A stretch of 64,000 nt of DNA from Acidimicrobiia bacterium (GTDB lineage Bacteria > Actinomycetota > Acidimicrobiia > Spongiisociales > ZC4RG35). Both the position numbers and the translations under genes were made by a program. Below the pieces are notes generated by a model. It saw only the letters and a program-made list of their open reading frames with translations, was not told the origin of the DNA and ran no database searches. The stretch is taken from NCBI GenBank assembly GCA_028284765.1, contig JANQRA010000002.1, positions 179,832 through 243,831 on the forward strand. Reading direction: 5' to 3'. Shown here piece by piece: positions 9,023 to 18,602 of the stretch; the stretch's first letter is position 1, and the number at the start of each line of letters is the position of its first letter.

Positions 9023-9488
9023 GTGTGAGCCACCTCGAGAAGGCCGGTTGCACTATCGCGAACCCGTTTGAGGAGCTTCACGAGCTGATCGACTTCGGAC
9101 TCATTGAGCTCCTCGAATATCGACTCCTTGAGCACCCCAATCATCAGAGGAGCATACGAATCGGCCAGCTCTTGGCCATATTCGGCAAGTGTGACTTGCT
9201 GTGCCCTCCGATCATTCGGATCCGGTGTCCTCATCGCTATGCCCGCCTCCTCGGTTCGATCAACGTGCCTCGACAGCGAGCTGGATTGATCATCAGCTGC
9301 TGGCCGATTTCGACTCCTCTCAGACTGCTCGACTCTGACAGGGAGAGTCGGACGATGAGATCAGCCAGCGCAGGCTCCAAGCCCACCGGACTGACTGCGC
9401 GCCGCTCCAAGGCTGCCGAAACCGCAATCGACGCTTCGAGGAGGGCTCTCGTTGGAGCAAGCACCTCAGTTGGGAACGCATTTGCCAT
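9019..9488 (-). pseudogene. MarR-family transcriptional regulator, disrupted by a single frameshift inside the winged-HTH
   Basis: Two adjacent ORFs in different frames, 9237..9488 and 9019..9234. The downstream frame, extended upstream, reads …DQSSLSRHVDRTEEAGIAMRTPDPNDRRAQQVTLAEYGQ… (the MarR recognition helix and wing). The upstream frame reads …GVEIGQQLMINPA… (preceding helix). Joined across about 9285-9292 they give a normal 156-aa MarR or so. Confidence 0.7.
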
Positions 9489-9542
9489 TTATGCTCTCGT
9501 TCGTAATAATTGCGATCGTAACTATACGTAGCAGGAGTCCCT

Positions 9543-10394
9543 ATGTCCAGAATCCTCGTGATCGGTGCAACAGGTCGGCAAGGAGGCGGGGTCGTCGACG
9601 CCGCCTTGAAGAACGGCCACGAAGTGTCTGCTTTCGTCCGAAGCGCCGACCAGAACACCGCCTCGCTAGCCGGTCGAGGCGTCGACATCGTCGAGGGTGA
9701 CCTCGACGATCCAGAATCCATCGTCGTCGCGGCTCAGTCCGTCGACAGCATGTTCGCCGTCACAACTCCATTCGCAGGTCTCGAAAAGGAGATCGAGCAT
9801 GGGAAGAATCTCGTTGCGGCTGCTCAAGAAGCGGACGTCAAACACCTGGTGTTTTCATCGGTAGCCGCGGCCGGCGAGGCTACGCGCATCGGACATTTCG
9901 ACACCAAATGGGTCACGGAGGAATTGATCCGAAGCACCGGAATCCCGGCGACCGTGATTGCTCCTGTCTTCTTCATGGACAACTACGTTTTCCCATGGAA
10001 TCTCGCCGACATGTCCAAAGGCGTCATCAGGCAAGCCGTCGACCCAGATGTCCCGCTCCAGATGGTCGATTCAACCGACATTGGGCGGGCCGTCGTCTCA
10101 TCAATCGAGAACGGGCTGATTCGGAAGCGCATCGAGATCGTCGGCGATCGGCTGACGGGACCCGAGCTGGCAGACGTACTCTCACGCGCTGCGGGAAGGG
10201 AGATCTCCTTCCAGAGACAGCCCGGCTCCGAACTTGACGCGATGGGGGGAGACTGGCGCCGGATGTATGAGTGGTTCAACGAGGGCGGCTTCAGTGTCGA
10301 TTCGTCAGAACTTCACAGCCAGCTACCGGACGTCGCCTTCCGCACGGCCGATCAATGGGCGGCAGACCAGGACTGGGACCAGCTCCTCTCCTGA
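9543..10394 (+). CDS. NmrA-family NAD(P)-binding protein (atypical SDR)
   Basis: N-terminal Rossmann motif ILVIGATGRQGGGVV. Divergent from the marR pseudogene with a 55-bp gap, a typical regulator-target pair. Confidence 0.75.
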   Translation: MSRILVIGATGRQGGGVVDAALKNGHEVSAFVRSADQNTASLAGRGVDIVEGDLDDPESIVVAAQSVDSMFAVTTPFAGLEKEIEHGKNLVAAAQEADVKHLVFSSVAAAGEATRIGHFDTKWVTEELIRSTGIPATVIAPVFFMDNYVFPWNLADMSKGVIRQAVDPDVPLQMVDSTDIGRAVVSSIENGLIRKRIEIVGDRLTGPELADVLSRAAGREISFQRQPGSELDAMGGDWRRMYEWFNEGGFSVDSSELHSQLPDVAFRTADQWAADQDWDQLLS

Positions 10395-10412
10395 CGGCTC
10401 TAGGCTCGCCTC

Positions 10413-10895
10413 GTGGCACGCCGCTACCCAGCAACTCCGGCCGTGCGAGCCCTCAAGACAGCCGACATCGGCTTCGAGCCCTTCGTGTACGACTACTCCA
10501 AGCACGAAGGAGCCTTGGGTGCAGCCGACTTCATCGGAATCGACCTCCACCTCACCGCGAAGACGATCGTGTTCGTGACCGACAATGGTGATGGGGTGGT
10601 CGTATTGATGCACGGAGACATGGAAGTGTCGACGAAGAAGCTGGCTCGGGTGCTCGGAGTCAAGAGGGTCACGCCCGCAGACCAGAGGGAAGCGAGTCGA
10701 ATCACCGGGTACCAGTTCGGCGGAACCTCGCCGTTGGGCATGAGGTCGAATCCACCGGTCTTGGCTCAGCAGACGCTGGGGGACCTAGACCGCGTCTATG
10801 TCAACGCGGGAAGCCGCGGGTTTGTCATTGGAATCAGAGCCGACGACCTGCTGCGACTGGCTGAAGCCACCACCGCAGACGTAGCGACCGGTTGA
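10413..10895 (+). CDS. ybaK: Cys-tRNA(Pro)/Cys-tRNA(Cys) deacylase, YbaK/ProX family
   Basis: 160 aa, YbaK-like (…GYQFGGTSPLG…VYVNAGSRGFVIGI…). Confidence 0.75.
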   Translation: MARRYPATPAVRALKTADIGFEPFVYDYSKHEGALGAADFIGIDLHLTAKTIVFVTDNGDGVVVLMHGDMEVSTKKLARVLGVKRVTPADQREASRITGYQFGGTSPLGMRSNPPVLAQQTLGDLDRVYVNAGSRGFVIGIRADDLLRLAEATTADVATG

Positions 10896-10912
10896 AATCT
10901 CTGGGTCCGGTT

Positions 10913-11692
10913 CTAACCCCAGGCGGGGTCGCCGAGACGGTTACGGAGCGACATCATCGTCTTGGCGTGGATCTGACAGACCCTCGACTCGGTCACACCG
11001 AGCACATCACCGATCTCAGCCAGAGTCATCCCCTCGTAGTAGTACAGAGTGACAACCAGACGCTCACGGTTGGGCAGCCTCTGCACGGCGTCCGCAAGAG
11101 ACCGCTTCGTTTCCTCTGCCTGGAACTCACTCTCGGGAGAGACCCCGCGGGGGTCGGCGATCATCTCGCCCATCGAAGTGCTTGACTCGCCGGACACGAA
11201 CTCGTCGAGTGCGGCGATCCCCGATCGTCCGATTTGAGCCAGAGCGTCGCGGAACTCTCCAACCTCCATCTCAAGGTCCTCAGCAAGCTCGTCCTCGGTC
11301 GGTGCCCGCTGCAACTTGTGCTCGAGGTCCGCAATCGACTGCTCAATTCTCCGGGCACGCGAGCGCACAGACCGGGGCACCCAGTCGAGGGCTCTCAGCT
11401 CATCGAGGATCGCACCCTTGATGCGATTGATCGCATAGGTCTCGAACTTGAACCCACGCTCGAGATCGAACTTGTCGATGGCGTCAATGAGACCAAACAA
11501 ACCGTAGGACGCGAGGTCGTTTTGGTCGACCGATCGCGGCAATCCGGTACCCACACGACCGGCCACATATTTGACGAGCGGTGAGTAGTGCAGGATCAAA
11601 CGCTCTCTGGCGTCTTCATCCGCAGTGGCCTTGAACCGCTCCCACAGCCCATCGACCTGTGAGGCCTCAGGCTCTGGGGTGGCTTTGGTCAT
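10913..11692 (-). CDS. RNA polymerase sigma factor, FliA/WhiG (sigma-28) family
   Basis: 259 aa with sigma-70 regions 2, 3 and 4 (…[15 protein letters not shown]…[15 protein letters not shown]…[31 protein letters not shown]…). Follows xerC as in many actinobacteria. Confidence 0.85.
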   Translation of the reverse strand: MTKATPEPEASQVDGLWERFKATADEDARERLILHYSPLVKYVAGRVGTGLPRSVDQNDLASYGLFGLIDAIDKFDLERGFKFETYAINRIKGAILDELRALDWVPRSVRSRARRIEQSIADLEHKLQRAPTEDELAEDLEMEVGEFRDALAQIGRSGIAALDEFVSGESSTSMGEMIADPRGVSPESEFQAEETKRSLADAVQRLPNRERLVVTLYYYEGMTLAEIGDVLGVTESRVCQIHAKTMMSLRNRLGDPAWG

Positions 11693-12554
11693 ATGTTCCT
11701 CTCAGGTGTTTTCGGCTCACGGCAGTGTAGATCTGAGTGGTGGCCAGATCGGTGTGTCCCAACAAATCCTGCACTGTTCTCAGATCTGCGCCTCCTTCGA
11801 GAAGGTGCGTGGCAAAGCTGTGACGGACCGCATGTGGGAAGGTGACGAGGTGTTTCGAAACCACTCTGCGTATCCCTCGCGAGTCGAGTTTCCCACCGCG
11901 AACGCCCACAAACAGAGTCGACCCGGCGGCCTCGCCTTCGAGTGCGGGACGACCGTCACGCAAGTAGCGACGCAACGACTCTTGCGCCGGTTTGCCCAGA
12001 GGAACCGTCCGAAGTTTCCCACCTTTGCCTATGACCGAGACCGATTCGCCTGCGACGCTGTCTACTTCGAGTGAGGCCAACTCCGAAACTCGGAGTCCGG
12101 TGGCATACAACGTCTCGATGATCGCCCGGTCTCGCAGTCCATCGGGCGTTGAGGTGTCGATCGACTCGATTGCCGTTTCCAGTGACCTGACCGGAACGGC
12201 GTGTGGCAGCTGCTTGCCCAACTTGGGCGTGGATAAACCATCGAATGGGTTCGACTCAGCCAGCCCTCGTTTCAGCGCATCGTTGTAGAAGGCTCGGACC
12301 GCAGACGCCCGGCGCGAGGTCGTCGCTCGGGAATAGCCACGGGTGTCCAAGAACGCCAGATACCTCCGTGCCTGGCGTCTGGTGACGTCATCGATATCGG
12401 AGACCCCTAGCCGATCGCAGTAGTCGAAGAAGCCCGCCATGTCGCGGCGATACGCATCAACGGTGTGCGGAGACAGGCCACGCTGGTCGACTAGACGATC
12501 CAAGTACCTGTCTACGTGGGGTTTCGCCCATTCCGGTGCAAGTGAAGACTTCAA
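11667..12554 (-). CDS. xerC: Tyrosine recombinase XerC (chromosome dimer resolution)
   Basis: 295 aa. The C-terminal catalytic region carries …[34 protein letters not shown]… (R..H..R..Y). Conserved position next to dprA, so not an integrative-element integrase. Confidence 0.88.
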   Translation of the reverse strand: MKSSLAPEWAKPHVDRYLDRLVDQRGLSPHTVDAYRRDMAGFFDYCDRLGVSDIDDVTRRQARRYLAFLDTRGYSRATTSRRASAVRAFYNDALKRGLAESNPFDGLSTPKLGKQLPHAVPVRSLETAIESIDTSTPDGLRDRAIIETLYATGLRVSELASLEVDSVAGESVSVIGKGGKLRTVPLGKPAQESLRRYLRDGRPALEGEAAGSTLFVGVRGGKLDSRGIRRVVSKHLVTFPHAVRHSFATHLLEGGADLRTVQDLLGHTDLATTQIYTAVSRKHLRGTYDQSHPRA

Positions 12555-12594
12555 CGAACTGGATGCTATTGCTTCCTTTGGTTTTCACAGCGGA

Positions 12595-13410
12595 TCAGGC
12601 TGGAACGATGAGATCACCCTGACGTCGAACCTGACCCTCCACTTCAAGACGTCCCAACTTGATGAGCGCTTCAGTGACCGTGAGACCCCAAAGCTGAGGT
12701 AGGTCGCTGATGAGAACGCCATCAACGGGCACCGGGCTTCGCCTGCCTTTCGCTGGGGGCCCCAGGATCAGGCTCAACTCCTCGATCAGGTCGCTCGAAC
12801 CGAGGACCGGGAATGCGCCGTCCCGGATCAGCCGGTTGCAGCCTTCAGACGCGGTGCGGTCGACGTCACCCGGCACTGCAAACACCGGTCGGCCGATCTC
12901 TGCAGCCAGCCTTGCCGTGATCAGCGCACCGCCCGTCACGGCGGCCTCCACCACGACTACAGCCTCCGACATCGCGGCGATCAGGCGATTTCGAGCTGGA
13001 AACCGCCACTTGTCGGGTGGGGTCCCTTCGGGATACTCGGAGACGATCGCACCACCGAGATCCAGGATCCGCTTGTAGAGGCCCTCGTTTTCCTTCGGGT
13101 AGCAGACGTCGATGCCCGACCCGAGAACCGCAACGGCGTGCCCACTAGATCGAAGACAGCCCCGGTGCGCCGCTGTGTCGATGCCCCTGGCCAGACCGCT
13201 GACGGTGGACCAACCGGATCGGGCGATCGCGGATCCAAAAGACTCTGCGAGATCGACCCCATATCTCGTACACCTGCGCGTCCCCACAACCGCGACCGTC
13301 TTCGACTCGCCCAACTCACCCAGTGCCCACACTGGAGGAGGATGCTCGAGATCCAAGAGGCCGACCGGATAGTCATCCGATTCGCTACCGATATGCCTCG
13401 GTCTCACCAA
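12595..13410 (-). CDS. dprA: DNA processing protein DprA/Smf (Rossmann-fold core; short form)
   Basis: 271 aa, GLARGIDTAAHRG…VLGSGID…YP DprA motifs. Confidence 0.88.
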   Translation of the reverse strand: MVRPRHIGSESDDYPVGLLDLEHPPPVWALGELGESKTVAVVGTRRCTRYGVDLAESFGSAIARSGWSTVSGLARGIDTAAHRGCLRSSGHAVAVLGSGIDVCYPKENEGLYKRILDLGGAIVSEYPEGTPPDKWRFPARNRLIAAMSEAVVVVEAAVTGGALITARLAAEIGRPVFAVPGDVDRTASEGCNRLIRDGAFPVLGSSDLIEELSLILGPPAKGRRSPVPVDGVLISDLPQLWGLTVTEALIKLGRLEVEGQVRRQGDLIVPA

Positions 13411-14831
13411 TCGACCCTGAGGGCCATAGCCTCTTCGACGTGTTCGACTCCAACGCGATCAAGCTCGAACAGGGCGGCGATAGTGGTTGACACATCCCGA
13501 ACACGACCGGCACCCCGGGCTGTGAGCAGGCCGGCCTCAAGTGCCCTAGACACCACAGCTGAAGCCTTGCCTCCGAAGGAGACACCTGCCCTCAAGGTGG
13601 CTTGCGCCCCCTGGACTCTGCCTCGCACCGAGGCTGTCGGCTCGGCCGGATGAAAGCCGTCAGTGACCTGAGGCCGATCCACCTTCACGATGAGGTCAAA
13701 GCGATCCATCAATGGCCCCGAAACTCTCAACCGGTACCTGGACACGGCTGACGGACGACACTCACAAGGTCGTCTTCGGTCTCCCCGGAAACCACATGGA
13801 CATGGGTTGGTCGCAGCTACCAACTGGAAACGCGAAGGAAAGGTGGAGGTCGTGCCTCTCCTCGCCACCGTTACCGATCCGTCTTCGAGCGGCTGCCGCA
13901 GAGTGTCGAGGTTCGATCTAGGAAACTCGGCCAGCTCGTCCAAGAACAGGACACCTCGATGGGCAAGGGAGACCTCCCCGGGGACGGCCACACCTGAGCC
14001 CCCGCCTACCAACGCTGGTCGCGAAGCAGTGTGGTGAGGGGCGCGGAAGGGCCTCCGCACATCGATGCCACGACGCAAGCTCGCGGCCGCATATACCAAC
14101 GCGACCTCGACCGCTTCGCTTTCGTCGAGGTACGGGAGAAGGCCACGCAAACGACGGGCGAGCATCGTCTTGCCACCACCAGGAGGACCATGGAACAAGA
14201 GGTGATGTCCACCCGCCGCTGCTATTTCCACCGCTCTAGCGGGTATGGGCTGGCCCCGAACATCCGAAAGGTCCTCCGCGTCATCTTCAGCGGGGAAACT
14301 TGCTCCCGACGGCGTCGCCTCTCCGTCCAGCCCGTGATGGAGCATCTCAACGGCCTGCGCCAGCGATGCGACACCAAAGACGCTCGACCCCGGAACACTT
14401 GCTGCAGCCGCGGCCTCAGCCTGGGGAGCCAGACACGGAGCGTCGGACCGAGCTGAGAGCACAGCTCCCCCAATGGCAGCCGCCCCACCCTTTACCCGTC
14501 CGTCGAGTGCCAGCTCACCGACCGAGATCACTCGAGCGAGATCAGGAATGTCGCGATTGGCCGCCAGAATCCCCAGCGCGATTGGCAGATCGAAGTCAGT
14601 GCCGGCTTTTTGGAGCCCAGCTGGCGCCAGATTGACGGTGACCGTTCGGTTGGGGAACTTCACACCGGTCGAGTGGATGGCCGACCGCACCCGATCCTTG
14701 GCTTCACGGAGAGCAGTGTCGGGCAGACCCGACAACTTGAACGCCTCCTGTGCACGACCGATGTGGACTTGGACCTCGACCGGCCTGACATCTCCCCCGA
14801 CGAGAGCAACCGACGTTGCTGCTGCGTACAT
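13404..14831 (-). CDS. YifB/ComM-family Mg-chelatase-like AAA+ ATPase
   Basis: 475 aa with an N-terminal Lon-like domain and a Walker A motif, LLFHGPPGGGKTMLA. Conserved next to dprA/yraN. Confidence 0.88.
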   Translation of the reverse strand: MYAAATSVALVGGDVRPVEVQVHIGRAQEAFKLSGLPDTALREAKDRVRSAIHSTGVKFPNRTVTVNLAPAGLQKAGTDFDLPIALGILAANRDIPDLARVISVGELALDGRVKGGAAAIGGAVLSARSDAPCLAPQAEAAAAASVPGSSVFGVASLAQAVEMLHHGLDGEATPSGASFPAEDDAEDLSDVRGQPIPARAVEIAAAGGHHLLFHGPPGGGKTMLARRLRGLLPYLDESEAVEVALVYAAASLRRGIDVRRPFRAPHHTASRPALVGGGSGVAVPGEVSLAHRGVLFLDELAEFPRSNLDTLRQPLEDGSVTVARRGTTSTFPSRFQLVAATNPCPCGFRGDRRRPCECRPSAVSRYRLRVSGPLMDRFDLIVKVDRPQVTDGFHPAEPTASVRGRVQGAQATLRAGVSFGGKASAVVSRALEAGLLTARGAGRVRDVSTTIAALFELDRVGVEHVEEAMALRVDW

Positions 14832-14864
14832 GCTTCCGAACGTACGTCGGAAGCACGTGTCTTA

Positions 14865-16250
14865 CTAGGGGTTCGAAAAGGCCACGGCGCCCGTACGACG
14901 AGGATCTGCAAAGGCGTTGAGCACCCCCTGCTTCATCCCCGCAGCGTTTACGCCACCGAAGTACATCTGAATATCGTCGAACTCCCTGAGCTCATAAGCG
15001 CCTGAGACGTCAGCGCCCGGCTCGACGGCGAGGCGAACACCCCACTCTCCAAATTCAGGGTGCATCCGTGGATGGATGATTGCATTCTCGAGTCTGTCAC
15101 CGGCCGCAATGCGAAGCAGAGTCGTCGCCAGGGCCGATGTGATCCGGTCAGCCCCTGGCGAACCGATGGCCACAGTTGCGTTGGGCAGCTTGGCCACTGT
15201 GGGCGCCATGTTGGACACCATTCGCTCTCCTGGAGTACCGGGACGACCGCCGGTCAATTCGACTTCGCCGATTGCGTTGTTCATAAGCATCCCAGTTCCC
15301 GTCGGGACGATGCCCGAGCCGTATCCAGCCGAAAAGGAACCTGCGACTCCCCCGCCTTCGTCATCCGCAGCTGCGACCGAAATCGTCGAGGGAGTCTTCG
15401 AGCCTTCACGACGGGTTCGAAAAGCGGACACCAAAGCATCTTCGAACGGCTCCGCGTGAATCCGCTTCAAGACGTCGACGAGAACTTCGCCTCCAACCGC
15501 CGGTCGAGGGTTGGTTGCGACCTTCCAATCTCCTGCGTTCGCAATCAAAGGCGGACGGGCATGAGCCTCGTAGCTCTCCAGGTCCCTCAACGTCAACATC
15601 GATCCTCGGGCGGACAGATCCTCGGCGACTTCACGTCCGAGATCACCTCCATAAAGCGCGCGCGCTCCTTCTTCTCCGATGCGGCGCAACGTGTCCGCCA
15701 AACCATGAAAAACAATCGGGGTGCCCAACGGTCGTGGAGCGCCATCAACGAAAAGGGCTTCTCTCGCAGCCGGATCCGAGTCGTAGATCGGAGTGGCGCC
15801 ATGATTCAGGAAGAAGTGGGCAGCGAAGCTGAGGGGAAATCCCTCGACATGGTCAGCAACGATCCCCATGAGCTCTCGCCAAGGCAGCCGTCCGAACATG
15901 CGGGAGGCCAGGTCGAAAGCAGCGAACCCGCCGGGAACCGCTATCGAACCGGCATCGACAAGGGTCCGTACCCCGCCACCGTATGACATGTTGACCTCAC
16001 GAATCTTCACCTCACCCGAGAACCCGAGACCTGGCTGATTCATGTAGCCGTCGATGACGACCGGCTTGTGGCCCGGCACATCAATCGTGAGAAAGCCGCC
16101 GCCTCCTGGCCCGCAAACACCTGGCTCGGTACACATCGCAGCCAGTGAGGCTGCGACGCCGACATCCACAACCGAGCCGCCGGAATCACCAACCGCAACA
16201 GCAGCGTCGGTTACGGCAGACGATGGCCCGGCTACAGCTATGCGCGGCAT
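14865..16250 (-). CDS. Gamma-glutamyltransferase-family protein (Ntn hydrolase)
   Basis: 461 aa. The putative autoprocessing/nucleophile region …KTPSTISVAAADDEG… and overall GGT-like organisation. Confidence 0.7.
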   Translation of the reverse strand: MPRIAVAGPSSAVTDAAVAVGDSGGSVVDVGVAASLAAMCTEPGVCGPGGGGFLTIDVPGHKPVVIDGYMNQPGLGFSGEVKIREVNMSYGGGVRTLVDAGSIAVPGGFAAFDLASRMFGRLPWRELMGIVADHVEGFPLSFAAHFFLNHGATPIYDSDPAAREALFVDGAPRPLGTPIVFHGLADTLRRIGEEGARALYGGDLGREVAEDLSARGSMLTLRDLESYEAHARPPLIANAGDWKVATNPRPAVGGEVLVDVLKRIHAEPFEDALVSAFRTRREGSKTPSTISVAAADDEGGGVAGSFSAGYGSGIVPTGTGMLMNNAIGEVELTGGRPGTPGERMVSNMAPTVAKLPNATVAIGSPGADRITSALATTLLRIAAGDRLENAIIHPRMHPEFGEWGVRLAVEPGADVSGAYELREFDDIQMYFGGVNAAGMKQGVLNAFADPRRTGAVAFSNP

Positions 16251-16284
16251 CGCCTCAGCCTAAGTCAGGTCTAGTGTCCAACCC

Positions 16285-16728
16285 ATGTCGATAGACGGCA
16301 TGGACATCGCGGTCGCAGAGGCGCGCGCTGGATTGGCCGAAGGCGGAATCCCAATTGGGTCCGCTCTCATCGTCGATGGTGAAGTCGTCGGCAAAGGACA
16401 CAATCGGCGGGTCCAACACGATTCGGCAATTCTCCATGGGGAGATGGACGCACTCGAGAACGCCGGACGGCTGAGCGCTTCCGAATACGCCAGGAGCACC
16501 ATCTACACCACCCTTTCGCCTTGTGACATGTGCTCCGGGGCCATTTTGTTGTACGGGATTCCGCGAGTTGTGATCGGGGAGAACACGACGTTCATGGGGG
16601 CCGAACAGCTCCTTCGATCGCGCGGCGTCGAACTCATCGTCGTTGAAGACGAACGCTGCATTTCCCTGATGAAGCGTTTTGTGGCCGACAACCCGGGCCT
16701 CTGGAACGAGGACATCGGCGAGGATTAG
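16285..16728 (+). CDS. Cytosine deaminase of the yeast Fcy1 type (CDA-fold zinc deaminase)
   Basis: 147 aa. Near-collinear similarity to S. cerevisiae Fcy1 from memory: GMDIAVAEARAGLAEGGIPIGSALI…HGEMDALENAGRL…TTLSPCDMCSGAILLYGIPRVVIGEN…VVEDERCISLMKRFVADNPGLWNEDIGE. The zinc ligands HxE and PCxxC are present. Confidence 0.8.
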   Translation: MSIDGMDIAVAEARAGLAEGGIPIGSALIVDGEVVGKGHNRRVQHDSAILHGEMDALENAGRLSASEYARSTIYTTLSPCDMCSGAILLYGIPRVVIGENTTFMGAEQLLRSRGVELIVVEDERCISLMKRFVADNPGLWNEDIGED

Positions 16729-17504
16729 CGACCCTTCCATTCCGGGTCACGTTTGCCGAGAAACGCTGTGACGCCCTCGATCACGTCTTCTGTATTGAGG
16801 AGGATCGACTGTGACTGTCCTTCCCAGCTGACCGACTCGGCGAAAGACGACTCGAAGGAGGCGTTGAGTGCCTGCTTGGCGAATCCCTGTGCGATGGGAG
16901 CACCTTTCTTGAAGGACTCTGCGATCTCCTTCGCGCGTTTCATCAAGTCGCTCTGATCGACCATTTCCAAGGCAATGCCCAGGCGAACGGCTTCATCCGC
17001 ATCGATCATTCGTCCGGACAGGGCAATTTCCTTGGCGCGCTGCAGCCCGACGACTCGTGGGAGCAGCCACGTGCCACCGAAGTCCACAGTCAAGCCACGC
17101 CGAACGAAGATCTCCGAGAAGCGGGCACCTTCGGTGGCTATGACAACGTCGCACCCCAACGCGAGGTTCATGCCTGCTCCGACGGCGTAACCGTCTACGG
17201 CCGCAATTGTTGGCTTCGTGGTCCGGTGGAGAGCAGTCGCGGCCCGATCGACCAGTTTCATGCGACGGTGCGAGTCGGCAACAGATGCGGGGCCGCCGAA
17301 CCGCTCGACATCCAGGTCGGCGCCTGCGCAGAAGTCGCCGCCGGCGCCAGTGACAATCAGAACGCGGTCGTCACTGGTGTCGAACTCGAGGAACGCATCG
17401 CCCAAAGCGGGCCAGCCATCTGCGGGCACTGCGTTCTTACGGTCGGGATTCTCGATCGTGAGCGTTCGGATGTGGTTGTTCGAATCGACTCTCAGCCAGT
17501 CCAC
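16725..17504 (-). CDS. Enoyl-CoA hydratase/isomerase (crotonase) family protein
   Basis: 259 aa with the crotonase fold signature …NAVPADGWPALGDAF…VLIVTGAGGDFCAGADL…. Confidence 0.8.
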   Translation of the reverse strand: MDWLRVDSNNHIRTLTIENPDRKNAVPADGWPALGDAFLEFDTSDDRVLIVTGAGGDFCAGADLDVERFGGPASVADSHRRMKLVDRAATALHRTTKPTIAAVDGYAVGAGMNLALGCDVVIATEGARFSEIFVRRGLTVDFGGTWLLPRVVGLQRAKEIALSGRMIDADEAVRLGIALEMVDQSDLMKRAKEIAESFKKGAPIAQGFAKQALNASFESSFAESVSWEGQSQSILLNTEDVIEGVTAFLGKRDPEWKGR

Positions 17505-17640
17505 GCCCCTGACAGTAGACAGCCCTGTACGTGCGTTACCGTCGTGGCGTGGGATTCAATCCTTTTCGCGAGCACCGGAACTCGGTCGTCGACATCATCA
17601 TGGTTGTCGTCGCCCTGGCCGCCGCCCTTGGAGTCTTGGC

Positions 17641-17856
17641 ATGGGCGATCTTTTCGGGGTGACCGTTAACCCAATACAGCCGTACCAAGCCACCAAGACG
17701 TACGTGTGCCCCGGCTGCGAAGGGACGATCGAGCCAGGAACATTTCACCTCGTGGTGATCCCCGATGAGGCGATCGACATGAGACGACATTGGCACCACG
17801 GGTGCTGGCACAAAGAACTGCGTCGAACCTACGGCGCTCAGGCGTCCCGACGCTGA
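17641..17856 (+). CDS. Small conserved zinc-ribbon-like protein (hypothetical)
   Basis: ATG at 17641 within a longer spurious track ORF. 71 aa: MGDLFGVTVNPIQPYQATKTYVCPGCEGTIEPGTFHLVVIPDEAIDMRRHWHHGCWHKELRRTYGAQASRR, with CPGC…HHGC as putative metal ligands. Confidence 0.5.
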   Translation: MGDLFGVTVNPIQPYQATKTYVCPGCEGTIEPGTFHLVVIPDEAIDMRRHWHHGCWHKELRRTYGAQASRR

Positions 17857-18602
17857 AGACCCCACCAGGTGAATCCCAGGCCGACCAAGGTCCATCCAAA
17901 GATGATGGCGAGCTGATGCCACAGCGGCAGGTCGCCACCGGGGATGAATCCGCCGAAACCTCCGCCGATGTCAACAAAGAACAGTGCCGTTGTCGCCGCT
18001 GTTAGCGAGATGTTCTCCCAGACGTCCCAAAGCGCAAGGAACTGCTCGGCGAAGTAGATGGCCAATCCCACACCGATAGCCGGGCCCACCGACCTCAGCA
18101 TCGCCACCGCTCCAGTTCCAATCGAAGACCACGCAATCGCCACCAACCCGGCCTTCCAGAAGATGCTGAGGAACTCAGAGGTTTCCATGAACCCTTCTCC
18201 CGGCGCGAAGAAGTAGGCGAGGCCGACCCAGAGGAAGAATGCGAAGAGAAACGCGATGGTCGTGGCGAGCGAATAGGTGAAGAACCTCACCAAGAGCTGA
18301 CGGATCCGGCGGCTGTCCCGGGTCAACGCCGAGGCCCAAACAGTGGTACTCAGCTCACCGCCAAGAAGGACGGTCGCCAGAATCAACGGGAACCAGGTCT
18401 GTGTGACCGCCTGCTGGGCTCCAACGGTATAGACCTCCGGCTTCTCCAGAACTGGAAGCTCGTCGGCGATCTCGGGGGCGATCTCCCCAAAGATGAACAA
18501 GAAGAAAGCCGCCAAGCCCACAAACGTGATCAGAACGAGGGTCATCACCGGGAAGACTTTCCGACGACTGATCTTCCGGTATTCGGCGCGCAGCAGGCTC
18601 AT
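17838..18602 (-). CDS. ABC-2-type transporter permease
   Basis: 254 aa, about six hydrophobic segments. Translationally coupled to the upstream ATPase. Confidence 0.7.
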   Translation of the reverse strand: MSLLRAEYRKISRRKVFPVMTLVLITFVGLAAFFLFIFGEIAPEIADELPVLEKPEVYTVGAQQAVTQTWFPLILATVLLGGELSTTVWASALTRDSRRIRQLLVRFFTYSLATTIAFLFAFFLWVGLAYFFAPGEGFMETSEFLSIFWKAGLVAIAWSSIGTGAVAMLRSVGPAIGVGLAIYFAEQFLALWDVWENISLTAATTALFFVDIGGGFGGFIPGGDLPLWHQLAIIFGWTLVGLGFTWWGLQRRDA

